A DNA stretch of 64,000 bases from NCBI RefSeq assembly GCF_051903065.1, contig NZ_CP178438.1; one strand, written 5' to 3'. Shown here piece by piece: positions 34,061 through 43,634 of the stretch; position 1 is the stretch's first letter, and each line of letters starts with the position of its first letter. The notes under the pieces were generated by a model. That model worked only from the letters and a program-made list of their open reading frames with translations, had not been told where the DNA came from and did no database searches. A program made the position numbers and the translations under genes. The DNA is from Escherichia coli. Lineage in GTDB: Bacteria > Pseudomonadota > Gammaproteobacteria > Enterobacterales > Enterobacteriaceae.

Positions 34061-34297
34061 ATTCCGGGAGCGTCCATATATGTTACCTCGTGCCCGTACC
34101 CGATAGCCGCAAGGAATAAGATGAGGGAACCGCGCCAGCGGCGATTTACCGCCGGGAGCCCGGGTTGCCAGGGTGGTGGCGATTGAGCCACCCTGGCACG
34201 TTCACCGGCTTGAGCCTTCCATAGTAGCGAGGAACATCAAGTGAACGGAACAGCCTTCGATCTTACATATTCAGAATATAATGGTGCCGCCGCGAAC

Positions 34298-34336
34298 GCC
34301 TGATGCGACGCTTTACGCGTCTTATCAGGCCTACAG
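34298..34336. repeat. REP element
   Basis: gcctgatgcgacgctttacgcgtcttatcaggcctac just downstream of the asmA stop. Confidence 0.85.
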
Positions 34337-34354
34337 GACAGCTCACCAGGTAAC

Positions 34355-36208
34355 CTACATCTTCTCCAGCAACTTCTTCACATCTTTGCCATTGCGGGAA
34401 TCTTTATTCCGCTCGGCCCAGTCATTCAGGCGACGTTTCGCTTCGTCCTGTAGATGTTTGCGCAGCAGCTGGTCCACTTGCAGGCTGTAATTGAGTTGCT
34501 GCCAGTTGCCATAAACCCGCAGCGGTACTGGCGTTTCTTTGAGGAAATCAATCAGTTTACTTTCCCCGTTCCAGCCACCCACGACCCGAATATCAAACTG
34601 GGTGTCGCAGGTTTGATCTGCCAGATTCAACATGCCTTCCCCTGTCAACGCCAGCACAGGCGATTGACCTTGCATGTCGTTTAACGTCACGACGCCATCC
34701 TTCAACGTCAAATCGGTGGTAAAGCGGTCAAGACGCGTTACGTTATCGAAGTTTTCAGCGGCCTTCACATCACCACCATTACGTTCTACCGCTTGCTGAA
34801 TCATCTGCTGGAAGTTCATCCCTTGCATGCGCGTATCGGCCATTTCGACATGCGCCGTCCCCTGCCAGTTGTGGCGGAATGCGTCGGCATCTATGTCAGC
34901 ACCGGAGAAATCACCAGCCAGTGACATCTTTCCGGTCAACGAAATCGGATAGTTAAACGCCTTCAGAATGGTGCCAATCTCAACGTTTTCCAGCCGTGGC
35001 TGAAAGTTTATCCGCGGATTTATTGATGTCGCGTCCAGCGTGCCCGGCAGTGAAACCTGTCCACCGTTAAGTTTGCCCTGCAGTTGAGTAATTTCCAGCA
35101 AACCCGACTTGTTGGTCATTTGCGTGGCAACATCTGTAAAATTCATTCCGCGCCAGCGCACGTTACTGGCCTGCAACAAAATATCAGCCGTAAAGCCTTG
35201 CAGTCCCTGATAGGCCGGTTCATCAATACGCGAAGAAATAACCGGGCGCGGCAACGTTGATTGGCTCTGCCCCTGCTGCGCGGCACCGTTTTCACCATTC
35301 GCGGTTTCATTAAGCGGGATGAGGTTGTCAAGATTCAGTTGCGGGAATTGCAGTCTCAGCTGCCATTCCGGTTTCTCTGTCAGCGTGACCTGTGCTTGCC
35401 CGCTCAGCGTACTATCATTGGCGGTCAAACTAATTTGGTTAAATGAAAGGCGTTTATGTGACTCCTGCCACTGGGCCAGGAAACTCCCCTGCCCCTGAAT
35501 ACCTTGTTTTGGTAAATCGGCACCCTGCAACTGCCAGTTAATTTGTTCAATAGCCGCCGTTAAATCATGCGGATAATCAGAAGCATCTACCGTACCGTTA
35601 AGGGATATCGTGAGATCGCGCTGATCGCGATTAACCCGCCCGGAGAACTCAAATGAGCCACGATGTTGGGGATCTTGTTCCATTTGCAGGCGGATATTGC
35701 GGATTGTCACCTGCTCGTCATCTTCATGCTGGAACACCAGAACGCTGTCCGCCACCTTAAGACTGGATATATCAAACGACCATCCGCGATCGTCTGACAG
35801 ATCCGGCAAGGTATTGTCGCGCGGTGCAACCGGAGCGTCTTCACTGCGCACCGCTTCCGTCTGCGGCGTCAGTTGGATCACTGCCCCTTTTAGCATCACC
35901 TGCTTAACGCTCAGTTGATGACTCAGTAGTGGTAAAAGCGCCACGTCCAGACGCATGTTATCGGCGCGAACCAGTGGCTGGCTTGCGCCCTGGGCGGTGA
36001 GAGACATTCGCCCGGAGAGGATACTAAGCTGCGGCCAGACGTGCCAACGCAGTGGCCCGTCGAGCTGCAATTGATAACCGCTACGTGCAGCAACTTGCTT
36101 GACCATATAGTCGCGGAAATCATTCGGATTCACCAGCAACACTAACGCAGATAACCCGGCCACCAGCACGACCAGGAGTATCATCAGCGTCGTCAGAAAT
36201 CGTCTCAT
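34355..36208 (-). CDS. asmA: Outer-membrane assembly protein AsmA
   Basis: 617-aa ORF with N-terminal membrane anchor; position and length as in K-12. Confidence 0.9.
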   Translation of the reverse strand: MRRFLTTLMILLVVLVAGLSALVLLVNPNDFRDYMVKQVAARSGYQLQLDGPLRWHVWPQLSILSGRMSLTAQGASQPLVRADNMRLDVALLPLLSHQLSVKQVMLKGAVIQLTPQTEAVRSEDAPVAPRDNTLPDLSDDRGWSFDISSLKVADSVLVFQHEDDEQVTIRNIRLQMEQDPQHRGSFEFSGRVNRDQRDLTISLNGTVDASDYPHDLTAAIEQINWQLQGADLPKQGIQGQGSFLAQWQESHKRLSFNQISLTANDSTLSGQAQVTLTEKPEWQLRLQFPQLNLDNLIPLNETANGENGAAQQGQSQSTLPRPVISSRIDEPAYQGLQGFTADILLQASNVRWRGMNFTDVATQMTNKSGLLEITQLQGKLNGGQVSLPGTLDATSINPRINFQPRLENVEIGTILKAFNYPISLTGKMSLAGDFSGADIDADAFRHNWQGTAHVEMADTRMQGMNFQQMIQQAVERNGGDVKAAENFDNVTRLDRFTTDLTLKDGVVTLNDMQGQSPVLALTGEGMLNLADQTCDTQFDIRVVGGWNGESKLIDFLKETPVPLRVYGNWQQLNYSLQVDQLLRKHLQDEAKRRLNDWAERNKDSRNGKDVKKLLEKM

Positions 36209-36229
36209 GGTATCCTCAATGGGCCTGAA

Positions 36230-36811
36230 TTAGTCTTTATCGATTCGGCTGGCTACCGCGCCCTGCTGGTTGCGATATTTCGCATCTTCACGGCGGTTGT
36301 AAGGTCGCGCCGCCGGGCCGGAAAGCGGCTCAAAGCTCAGCGCACCAATTAACATGCCCGGACGTAGCGCCAGCGGCAGCTTACCGGAGTTGTAGAACTC
36401 CAGCACAATGCAGCCAGACCAGCCCGGATCGATGCGGTGCGCGGTGACGTGCACCATCAGCCCCAGACGCGCCAGTGAGGAACGCCCGTCCAGCCAGCCC
36501 ACCAGATCGGCTGGCAGCGTCACCGACTCCAGCGTCACCGCCAGCGCCAGCTCTCCTGGGTGAAGATAGAACGCCTCGCTTTCATCGAGAACGATCTCAT
36601 CGCTCATCACGCGGTCAAGCGCGGCGCTCACTTCATCTTTGGGACCGCTCAGATCGATAAACGCTGCCGTGTGACCACGGAAGGTACGAAATTTATTGCC
36701 CAGGCGCACATCCACCGTCGCGCCGTTAATACGCTCCACTGGCGGACGTGGGTTGATCGACAAACGGCCTTCATCAAGCCAGGCTTCAATATCTCGGTCA
36801 CACAGACGCAT
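36230..36811 (-). CDS. dcd: dCTP deaminase
   Basis: 193-aa ORF ([17 protein letters not shown]...). Confidence 0.95.
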   Translation of the reverse strand: MRLCDRDIEAWLDEGRLSINPRPPVERINGATVDVRLGNKFRTFRGHTAAFIDLSGPKDEVSAALDRVMSDEIVLDESEAFYLHPGELALAVTLESVTLPADLVGWLDGRSSLARLGLMVHVTAHRIDPGWSGCIVLEFYNSGKLPLALRPGMLIGALSFEPLSGPAARPYNRREDAKYRNQQGAVASRIDKD

Positions 36812-36902
36812 GGCATTTTCTCCTTTCGCGCATCACTCCCTTAACGCCAATTACGTCAAGGGCATACCAGGTTATCACTGAACGGTACACAATTTATCAA
36901 GC

Positions 36903-37544
36903 TTATTCAAAGAACTGACTTATTTTCGCTTTCAATATATCGATCGCGATGCGGTTTTTCCCGCCGCGCGGCACGATAATGTCCGCATATTGTTTAGAAG
37001 GCTCAATGAATTGCAGGAACATCGGGCGCACGGTTTTTTGATATTGCGCCATCACGGAATCCATTGAACGCCCACGCTCGTTAACGTCACGCTTGATGCG
37101 GCGCATCAGGCAGATATCCAGCGGGGTATCAACGAAAATGGAGAAGTTAAGTTCGTCACGCAAACGCGCATCCGTCAGCAACAAAATGCCTTCGAGAATG
37201 ATGACCTTCTTCGGCTCAACCGTCACCGTTTCTTTCATACGCGTATGTTCAACATAGCTGTAAACCGGCAGGTCAATTGCCGAGCCGCGTTTCAACGCTT
37301 GTAAATGCTCAAGCAGCAGGCTGTGATCCATCGCGCTGGGATGGTCGTAGTTGGTCTTAACGCGTTCTTCCATCGACAGATGGCTTTGATCTTTGTAATA
37401 GCAGTCTTCGGGAATTACGCCGATGTGTTCATCACCGACTTGCTCACGTAATTCACGATAAAGGGTACTGGCAATAAGACTCTTGCCGGAAGCCGATGCG
37501 CCAGCGATACCGATAATGACGCACTGATGAGACTGATCAGTCAT
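36903..37544 (-). CDS. udk: Uridine/cytidine kinase
   Basis: Track ORF is 234 aa; likely start [22 protein letters not shown] (213 aa, P-loop). Confidence 0.93.
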
Positions 37545-37861
37545 ATATTTAGCGACCTGATTAACCTGGATGTTAGGAAGGGGGCGACGAAGCGCCAAAC
37601 GCGGCAATTATAGGGATTTCATCCGCCTGATACCAGTCGAATAGCGTTGCCGCGCGCTCAGAGTTAATTGTTGACAAAGAATTCCTGGTGGCAAATTACG
37701 TTGATTAGTTTTATGTAAGGTAAAAAATGTTATACGCAGTTGCGCAAATTATCCGCCTTTACGTCACTTTATGAGCAATTCGCATATAAAATGTAAAACT
37801 TTTGTACTAGCATAAACACAGAAACGAATACTGGCGACCTGGCCTTGCGGATAAAGCGGTA

Positions 37862-40800
37862 ATGAGCAAACAATCACAGCATGTATTAATTGCCCTGCCC
37901 CACCCGCTGCTTCACCTGGTCAGTTTAGGTTTAGTCTCGTTTATCTTTACCCTTTTCTCGCTTGAGCTTTCGCAGTTTGGCACCCAACTCGCCCCACTGT
38001 GGTTCCCGACGTCCATCATGATGGTGGCGTTTTATCGCCATGCCGGGCGCATGTGGCCGGGAATTGCGCTGAGCTGTTCGCTGGGAAATATCGCCGCATC
38101 CATCCTGCTTTTTTCCACCAGCTCGCTGAACATGACCTGGACGACTATCAATATTGTTGAAGCCGTGGTCGGGGCAGTGCTGCTACGTAAATTGCTGCCG
38201 TGGTATAACCCCTTGCAAAATCTGGCTGACTGGCTGCGTCTGGCACTCGGCAGCGCCATTGTTCCACCTCTGTTGGGGGGTGTTCTGGTTGTCCTGCTGA
38301 CGCCCGGAGACGATCCTCTCAGGGCATTTTTGATATGGGTACTGTCAGAATCCATCGGCGCTCTGGCACTGGTGCCGCTGGGATTGTTATTTAAACCACA
38401 CTATCTGCTGCGCCATCGCAACCCACGGTTGCTTTTTGAGTCGCTGCTCACGTTAGCCATCACACTGACGTTAAGCTGGCTTTCGATGCTGTATCTGCCG
38501 TGGCCTTTTACTTTCATTATTGTGCTGTTGATGTGGAGCGCCGTGCGCCTGCCACGAATGGAAGCCTTTTTGATCTTCCTTACCACGGTGATGATGGTGT
38601 CGCTGATGATGGCCGCGGATCCCTCCCTGCTTGCTACGCCGCGTACGTACCTGATGAGCCATATGCCGTGGCTACCGTTTTTGCTGATCCTGCTGCCCGC
38701 CAACATCATGACGATGGTGATGTATGCCTTTCGTGCGGAACGCAAACACATTTCCGAAAGCGAAACCCGCTTTCGAAACGCCATGGAATATTCCGCTATC
38801 GGCATGGCGTTAGTGGGCACCGAGGGACAATGGCTGCAATCCAACAAAGCACTCTGCCAGTTTCTCGGTTACAGTCAGGAAGAGCTGCGCGGACTCACCT
38901 TTCAGCAACTGACCTGGCCGGAGGATCTCAATAAAGATCTCCAACAGGTTGAAAAGCTGATAAGCGGTGAAATAAACACCTATTCAATGGAAAAACGTTA
39001 CTACAACCGCAATGGCGATGTTGTCTGGGCGTTGCTTGCCGTCTCTCTGGTGCGCCACACGGATGGCACGCCGCTCTATTTTATCGCTCAGATTGAAGAC
39101 ATTAACGAGCTAAAACGCACCGAACAGGTGAATCAGCAACTGATGGAGCGCATCACGCTGGCTAACGAAGCGGGCGGGATTGGCATCTGGGAGTGGGAGC
39201 TGAAGCCGAATATTTTTAGCTGGGATAAGCGGATGTTCGAACTGTATGAAATTCCTCCGCATATCAAACCGAACTGGCAGGTGTGGTACGAGTGCGTGCT
39301 GCCGGAAGATCGTCAACACGCCGAAAAAGTGATTCGTGATTCGTTGCAATCACGCTCGCCCTTTAAGCTGGAATTTCGCATTGCCGTGAAAGATGGCATC
39401 CGCCATATCCGCGCCCTCGCCAACCGGGTACTGAATAAAGAAGGCGAAGTCGAACGCCTGCTCGGCATTAATATGGATATGACCGAGGTTAAACAGCTTA
39501 ACGAGGCATTGTTTCAGGAAAAAGAGCGCCTGCACATTACGCTGGACTCCATTGGCGAAGCCGTAGTCTGTATTGATATGGCGATGAAAATTACCTTTAT
39601 GAATCCGGTGGCGGAGAAGATGAGCGGCTGGACGCAGGAAGAAGCATTAGGTGTTCCGCTCCTGACGGTGTTGCATATTACTTTTGGCGACAACGGGCCA
39701 TTAATGGAGAATATTTACAGTGCCGACACCTCACGTTCCGCGATCGAACAAGACGTGGTGTTGCACTGTCGGAGCGGCGGCAGCTACGACGTGCATTACA
39801 GTATTACGCCGTTAAGTACTCTGGACGGCAGCAATATTGGTTCGGTTCTGGTGATTCAGGACGTTACCGAATCACGCAAAATGCTGCGCCAGCTGAGCTA
39901 CAGCGCCTCCCATGATGCACTGACGCATCTCGCCAACCGCGCCAGTTTTGAGAAACAACTGCGTATCCTGCTGCAAACGGTAAACAGTACGCATCAGCGA
40001 CATGCACTGGTGTTTATCGATCTTGATCGCTTTAAAGCGGTGAATGACAGCGCCGGGCATGCGGCGGGCGACGCTTTGCTGCGCGAACTGGCGTCGTTGA
40101 TGCTGAGTATGCTGCGCTCCAGTGACGTGCTGGCGAGGCTCGGCGGTGATGAATTTGGTCTGCTGCTGCCAGACTGCAATGTTGAAAGCGCTCGTTTTAT
40201 CGCTACACGTATTATCAGTGCTGTGAATGACTATCACTTTATATGGGAAGGCCGGGTACATCGGGTAGGTGCCAGCGCCGGGATTACCTTGATCGATGAC
40301 AACAATCATCAGGCGGCAGAACTGATGTCGCAGGCTGATATCGCCTGTTATGCCTCCAAAAATGGTGGCCGGGGCCGGGTGACGGTTTACGAACCGCAGC
40401 AAGCTGCCGCACATAGCGAACGGGCGGCGATGTCGCTTGATGAACAGTGGCGGATGATTAAAGAGAATCAGTTGATGATGCTCGCCCACGGTGTCGCTTC
40501 GCCACGGATCCCGGAAGCGCGTAATTTGTGGCTGATTTCACTTAAGCTCTGGAGTTGCGAAGGCGAGATTATTGATGAACAAACATTTCGTCGTAGCTTC
40601 AGCGATCCGGCGCTTAGCCATGCTCTTGACCGCCGGGTATTCCACGAATTTTTCCAGCAGGCCGCAAAAGCGGTTGCCAGTAAAGGCATAAGCATCGCCC
40701 TCCCCCTTTCCGTTGCCGGTTTGAGTAGCGCCACGCTGGTGAATGATCTGCTTGAGCAGCTGGAAAATAGCCCTCTACCACCACGGTTATTACATCTGAT

Positions 40801-41179
40801 TATTCCGGCTGAAGCGATTTTAGATCACGCAGAAAGCGTGCAAAAACTGCGGCTGGCGGGATGTCGGATAGTGCTCAGCCAGGTGGGCCGCGATCTGCAA
40901 ATCTTCAACTCGCTGAAAGCGAATATGGCAGATTACCTGCTACTTGATGGTGAGTTATGCGCCAACGTGCAGGGTAATTTGATGGATGAGATGCTGATTA
41001 CGATTATTCAGGGGCACGCTCAGCGACTCGGGATGAAAACCATCGCCGGGCCAGTCGTTTTACCGTTAGTGATGGATACGCTTTCTGGCATCGGCGTCGA
41101 TCTGATTTATGGTGATGTGATTGCCGATGCCCAACCGCTGGATTTGCTGGTGAATAGTAGTTATTTCGCGATTAACTGA
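37862..41179 (+). CDS. dgcE: Diguanylate cyclase DgcE (membrane MASE1 domain, PAS, GGDEF and degenerate EAL)
   Basis: 1105-aa ORF; hydrophobic N-terminal third, GGDEF-type motif (RLGGDEFGLLL); length as K-12 YegE. Confidence 0.9.
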   Translation: MSKQSQHVLIALPHPLLHLVSLGLVSFIFTLFSLELSQFGTQLAPLWFPTSIMMVAFYRHAGRMWPGIALSCSLGNIAASILLFSTSSLNMTWTTINIVEAVVGAVLLRKLLPWYNPLQNLADWLRLALGSAIVPPLLGGVLVVLLTPGDDPLRAFLIWVLSESIGALALVPLGLLFKPHYLLRHRNPRLLFESLLTLAITLTLSWLSMLYLPWPFTFIIVLLMWSAVRLPRMEAFLIFLTTVMMVSLMMAADPSLLATPRTYLMSHMPWLPFLLILLPANIMTMVMYAFRAERKHISESETRFRNAMEYSAIGMALVGTEGQWLQSNKALCQFLGYSQEELRGLTFQQLTWPEDLNKDLQQVEKLISGEINTYSMEKRYYNRNGDVVWALLAVSLVRHTDGTPLYFIAQIEDINELKRTEQVNQQLMERITLANEAGGIGIWEWELKPNIFSWDKRMFELYEIPPHIKPNWQVWYECVLPEDRQHAEKVIRDSLQSRSPFKLEFRIAVKDGIRHIRALANRVLNKEGEVERLLGINMDMTEVKQLNEALFQEKERLHITLDSIGEAVVCIDMAMKITFMNPVAEKMSGWTQEEALGVPLLTVLHITFGDNGPLMENIYSADTSRSAIEQDVVLHCRSGGSYDVHYSITPLSTLDGSNIGSVLVIQDVTESRKMLRQLSYSASHDALTHLANRASFEKQLRILLQTVNSTHQRHALVFIDLDRFKAVNDSAGHAAGDALLRELASLMLSMLRSSDVLARLGGDEFGLLLPDCNVESARFIATRIISAVNDYHFIWEGRVHRVGASAGITLIDDNNHQAAELMSQADIACYASKNGGRGRVTVYEPQQAAAHSERAAMSLDEQWRMIKENQLMMLAHGVASPRIPEARNLWLISLKLWSCEGEIIDEQTFRRSFSDPALSHALDRRVFHEFFQQAAKAVASKGISIALPLSVAGLSSATLVNDLLEQLENSPLPPRLLHLIIPAEAILDHAESVQKLRLAGCRIVLSQVGRDLQIFNSLKANMADYLLLDGELCANVQGNLMDEMLITIIQGHAQRLGMKTIAGPVVLPLVMDTLSGIGVDLIYGDVIADAQPLDLLVNSSYFAIN

Positions 41180-41195
41180 GGCGTGCTTCCCCATC

Positions 41196-41280
41196 GCCTG
41201 ATGCGACGCTAACGCGTCTTATCAGGCCTACAAATCGCTCATTCCCCAGGCCGGATAAGGCGCTCGCACCGCATCCGGCG
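41196..41280. repeat. REP elements
   Basis: gcctgatgcgacgctaacgcgtcttatcaggcctac plus ggataaggcgctcgcaccgcatccgg between dgcE and alkA. Confidence 0.85.
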
Positions 41281-41287
41281 ACCAACG

Positions 41288-42136
41288 TCATGCTTTGTCT
41301 GGTTGCCAGCCTTCCGTATACCAGATATGCAACAGCGCATAAGAACGCCAGGGCTTCCAGCGTTCAGCATAACGGCGGATTTGTGCCGGTGTCATTCCCG
41401 GAAATCGCTGTTTAATCAGATAATCATCCGGCAGGAAAACATCTTTCGCCTGCCAGCCACGCAAAGCGAAATAATTCGCCGTCCAGCGCCCGATACCCGG
41501 AAAAGTTTGCAGCGTTTTCATCGCCTGCTCCACATCGCCCGGAATTGTCATTGGTAAGCTGCCCTCCAGCGCCGCATTTGCCAGATGAATCAGTGCCTCT
41601 GCCCGTTTCAACGGCATGCCTAACGCTTTTAATGCCTGCGGGTCGGCTGCTGCCAGCCGCTGAGGCGTGGGGAAGCAGATATACTCCGGAAAATCATCCA
41701 GCCGTTCGCCATAAAGCTGTGCCACTCTGGCGGTCAATTTTGCCGCCATCGCCACGCTCACCAGTTGGCCTAAAATCGCCCGCACGCCCTGCTCAAAAGC
41801 ATCAACACTGCCGGGTAAACGCAATCCGGGCCGCGCCGCGCCTAACTTGCCCAACGCACCGTTAACAATCTGCGGGTTACATTGCAGATCAAGCAGGCGG
41901 CTCATTTTCGCCAGACACTCAGCGGCAACGGGTTCTAAATCTGCACTTAAATTTATGTGCAGAGTATGGCGGGCTATATCCGGAATAGCAGTCACCACGC
42001 CGCGATATTCGCCCACCGCCAGACTACGGGCATAATAATCGTCAGCGACCGTTTCCACACCACTCACTGCACGGGCGGCGAGAAATCCCAACATCCACGA
42101 CCAGTCATACGGCGGCTGCCAGTTCAGGGTATACAT
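41288..42136 (-). CDS. alkA: 3-methyladenine DNA glycosylase II
   Basis: 282-aa ORF with a helix-hairpin-helix glycosylase core; position as in K-12. Confidence 0.92.
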   Translation of the reverse strand: MYTLNWQPPYDWSWMLGFLAARAVSGVETVADDYYARSLAVGEYRGVVTAIPDIARHTLHINLSADLEPVAAECLAKMSRLLDLQCNPQIVNGALGKLGAARPGLRLPGSVDAFEQGVRAILGQLVSVAMAAKLTARVAQLYGERLDDFPEYICFPTPQRLAAADPQALKALGMPLKRAEALIHLANAALEGSLPMTIPGDVEQAMKTLQTFPGIGRWTANYFALRGWQAKDVFLPDDYLIKQRFPGMTPAQIRRYAERWKPWRSYALLHIWYTEGWQPDKA

Positions 42137-42269
42137 CGCATCTCCTTATTCATCCGCTTTCAGCATAAACGTTATTCAGACGCTGCGCTTTGCTTTCATA
42201 TTCCGGTTGTCGCGACGGCAACATTTCGCTAAAGTCACGCCCCTTCTTCACCGGCATGGGGATTATTTC

Positions 42270-43622
42270 GTGTTTATTGGTTTTGATTACGGTACAGCAA
42301 ACTGTTCAGTGGCGGTCATGCGTGACGGTAAACCGCACTTGCTAAAAATGGAAAACGACAGCACGCTGCTGCCTTCAATGCTTTGCGCGCCAACGCGTGA
42401 AGCGGTAAGCGAATGGCTGTACCGCCATCATGATGTTCCGGCAGACGACGATGAAACGCAGGCGCTGTTACGTCGGGCGATTCGTTATAACCGTGAAGAA
42501 GATATCGATGTTACGGCGAAAAGCGTGCAGTTCGGTCTTTCCTCACTGGCACAGTACATTGATGATCCGGAAGAAGTGTGGTTTGTGAAATCACCAAAAT
42601 CGTTCCTCGGTGCCAGCGGCTTAAAACCGCAGCAGGTAGCGCTGTTTGAGGATCTGGTCTGCGCAATGATGTTGCACATTCGCCAGCAGGCGCAGGCACA
42701 GCTGCCAGAAACGATTACTCAGGCGGTGATCGGTCGCCCGATCAACTTCCAGGGGCTTGGCGGCGATGAAGCAAACACCCAGGCGCAGGGGATTCTGGAA
42801 CGCGCGGCGAAGCGTGCCGGGTTTAAGGATGTGGTATTCCAGTACGAGCCGGTCGCGGCTGGGCTGGATTACGAAGCCACCTTGCAGGAAGAAAAACGGG
42901 TGCTGGTGGTGGATATCGGCGGTGGTACGACTGACTGTTCATTGCTGCTGATGGGGCCGCAGTGGCGTTCGCGTCTCGATCGTGAAGCCAGCCTGCTGGG
43001 TCACAGTGGTTGCCGTATTGGCGGTAACGATCTGGATATCGCGCTGGCGTTTAAAAACCTGATGCCGTTACTGGGCATGGGTGGCGAAACCGAAAAAGGC
43101 ATCGCCCTGCCGATTCTGCCGTGGTGGAATGCGGTTGCCATCAACGACGTACCTGCGCAGAGTGATTTCTACAGTAGTGCCAACGGTCGTCTGCTTAACG
43201 ATCTGGTACGCGATGCCCGCGAACCGGAAAAAGTGGCCCTGTTACAGAAAGTCTGGCGTCAGCGTTTAAGCTATCGCCTGGTGCGTAGCGCAGAAGAGTG
43301 CAAAATTGCTCTTTCAAGCGTAGCGGAAACCCGCGCCTCACTGCCGTTTATCAGCGATGAACTGGCTACGCTGATTAGCCAGCAAGGGCTGGAAAGCGCC
43401 CTCAGCCAGCCACTGGCGCGGATTCTGGAACAGGTGCAACTGGCGCTGGATAACGCCCAGGAAAAACCGGACGTTATCTACCTGACCGGCGGAAGCGCCC
43501 GTTCTCCGCTGATTAAAAAAGCGCTGGCAGAACAGTTGCCGGGCATTCCGATTGCAGGCGGCGATGACTTTGGCTCCGTCACCGCCGGGCTGGCACGCTG
43601 GGCGGAAGTGGTGTTTCGTTAA
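42270..43622 (+). CDS. yegD: Hsp70-like (actin-fold ATPase) protein YegD
   Basis: Track ORF is 471 aa from an upstream ATG; the conserved sequence begins at the in-frame GTG 42270 (FIGFDYGTANCSVAV...), giving 450 aa. Confidence 0.85.
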   Translation: MFIGFDYGTANCSVAVMRDGKPHLLKMENDSTLLPSMLCAPTREAVSEWLYRHHDVPADDDETQALLRRAIRYNREEDIDVTAKSVQFGLSSLAQYIDDPEEVWFVKSPKSFLGASGLKPQQVALFEDLVCAMMLHIRQQAQAQLPETITQAVIGRPINFQGLGGDEANTQAQGILERAAKRAGFKDVVFQYEPVAAGLDYEATLQEEKRVLVVDIGGGTTDCSLLLMGPQWRSRLDREASLLGHSGCRIGGNDLDIALAFKNLMPLLGMGGETEKGIALPILPWWNAVAINDVPAQSDFYSSANGRLLNDLVRDAREPEKVALLQKVWRQRLSYRLVRSAEECKIALSSVAETRASLPFISDELATLISQQGLESALSQPLARILEQVQLALDNAQEKPDVIYLTGGSARSPLIKKALAEQLPGIPIAGGDDFGSVTAGLARWAEVVFR

Positions 43623-43634
43623 TTGAAAAATGGC

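Larger units (their letters stand above)
32690..34085 (+). mobile_element. IS110-family insertion sequence (boundaries approximate; could extend 32519-34297)
   Basis: IS110-family transposase gene flanked by an 11-bp inverted motif (atggacgctcc at 32702-32712, ggagcgtccat at 34067-34077) and non-coding flanks; not in the K-12 yegH-asmA layout as I recall it. Confidence 0.5.
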
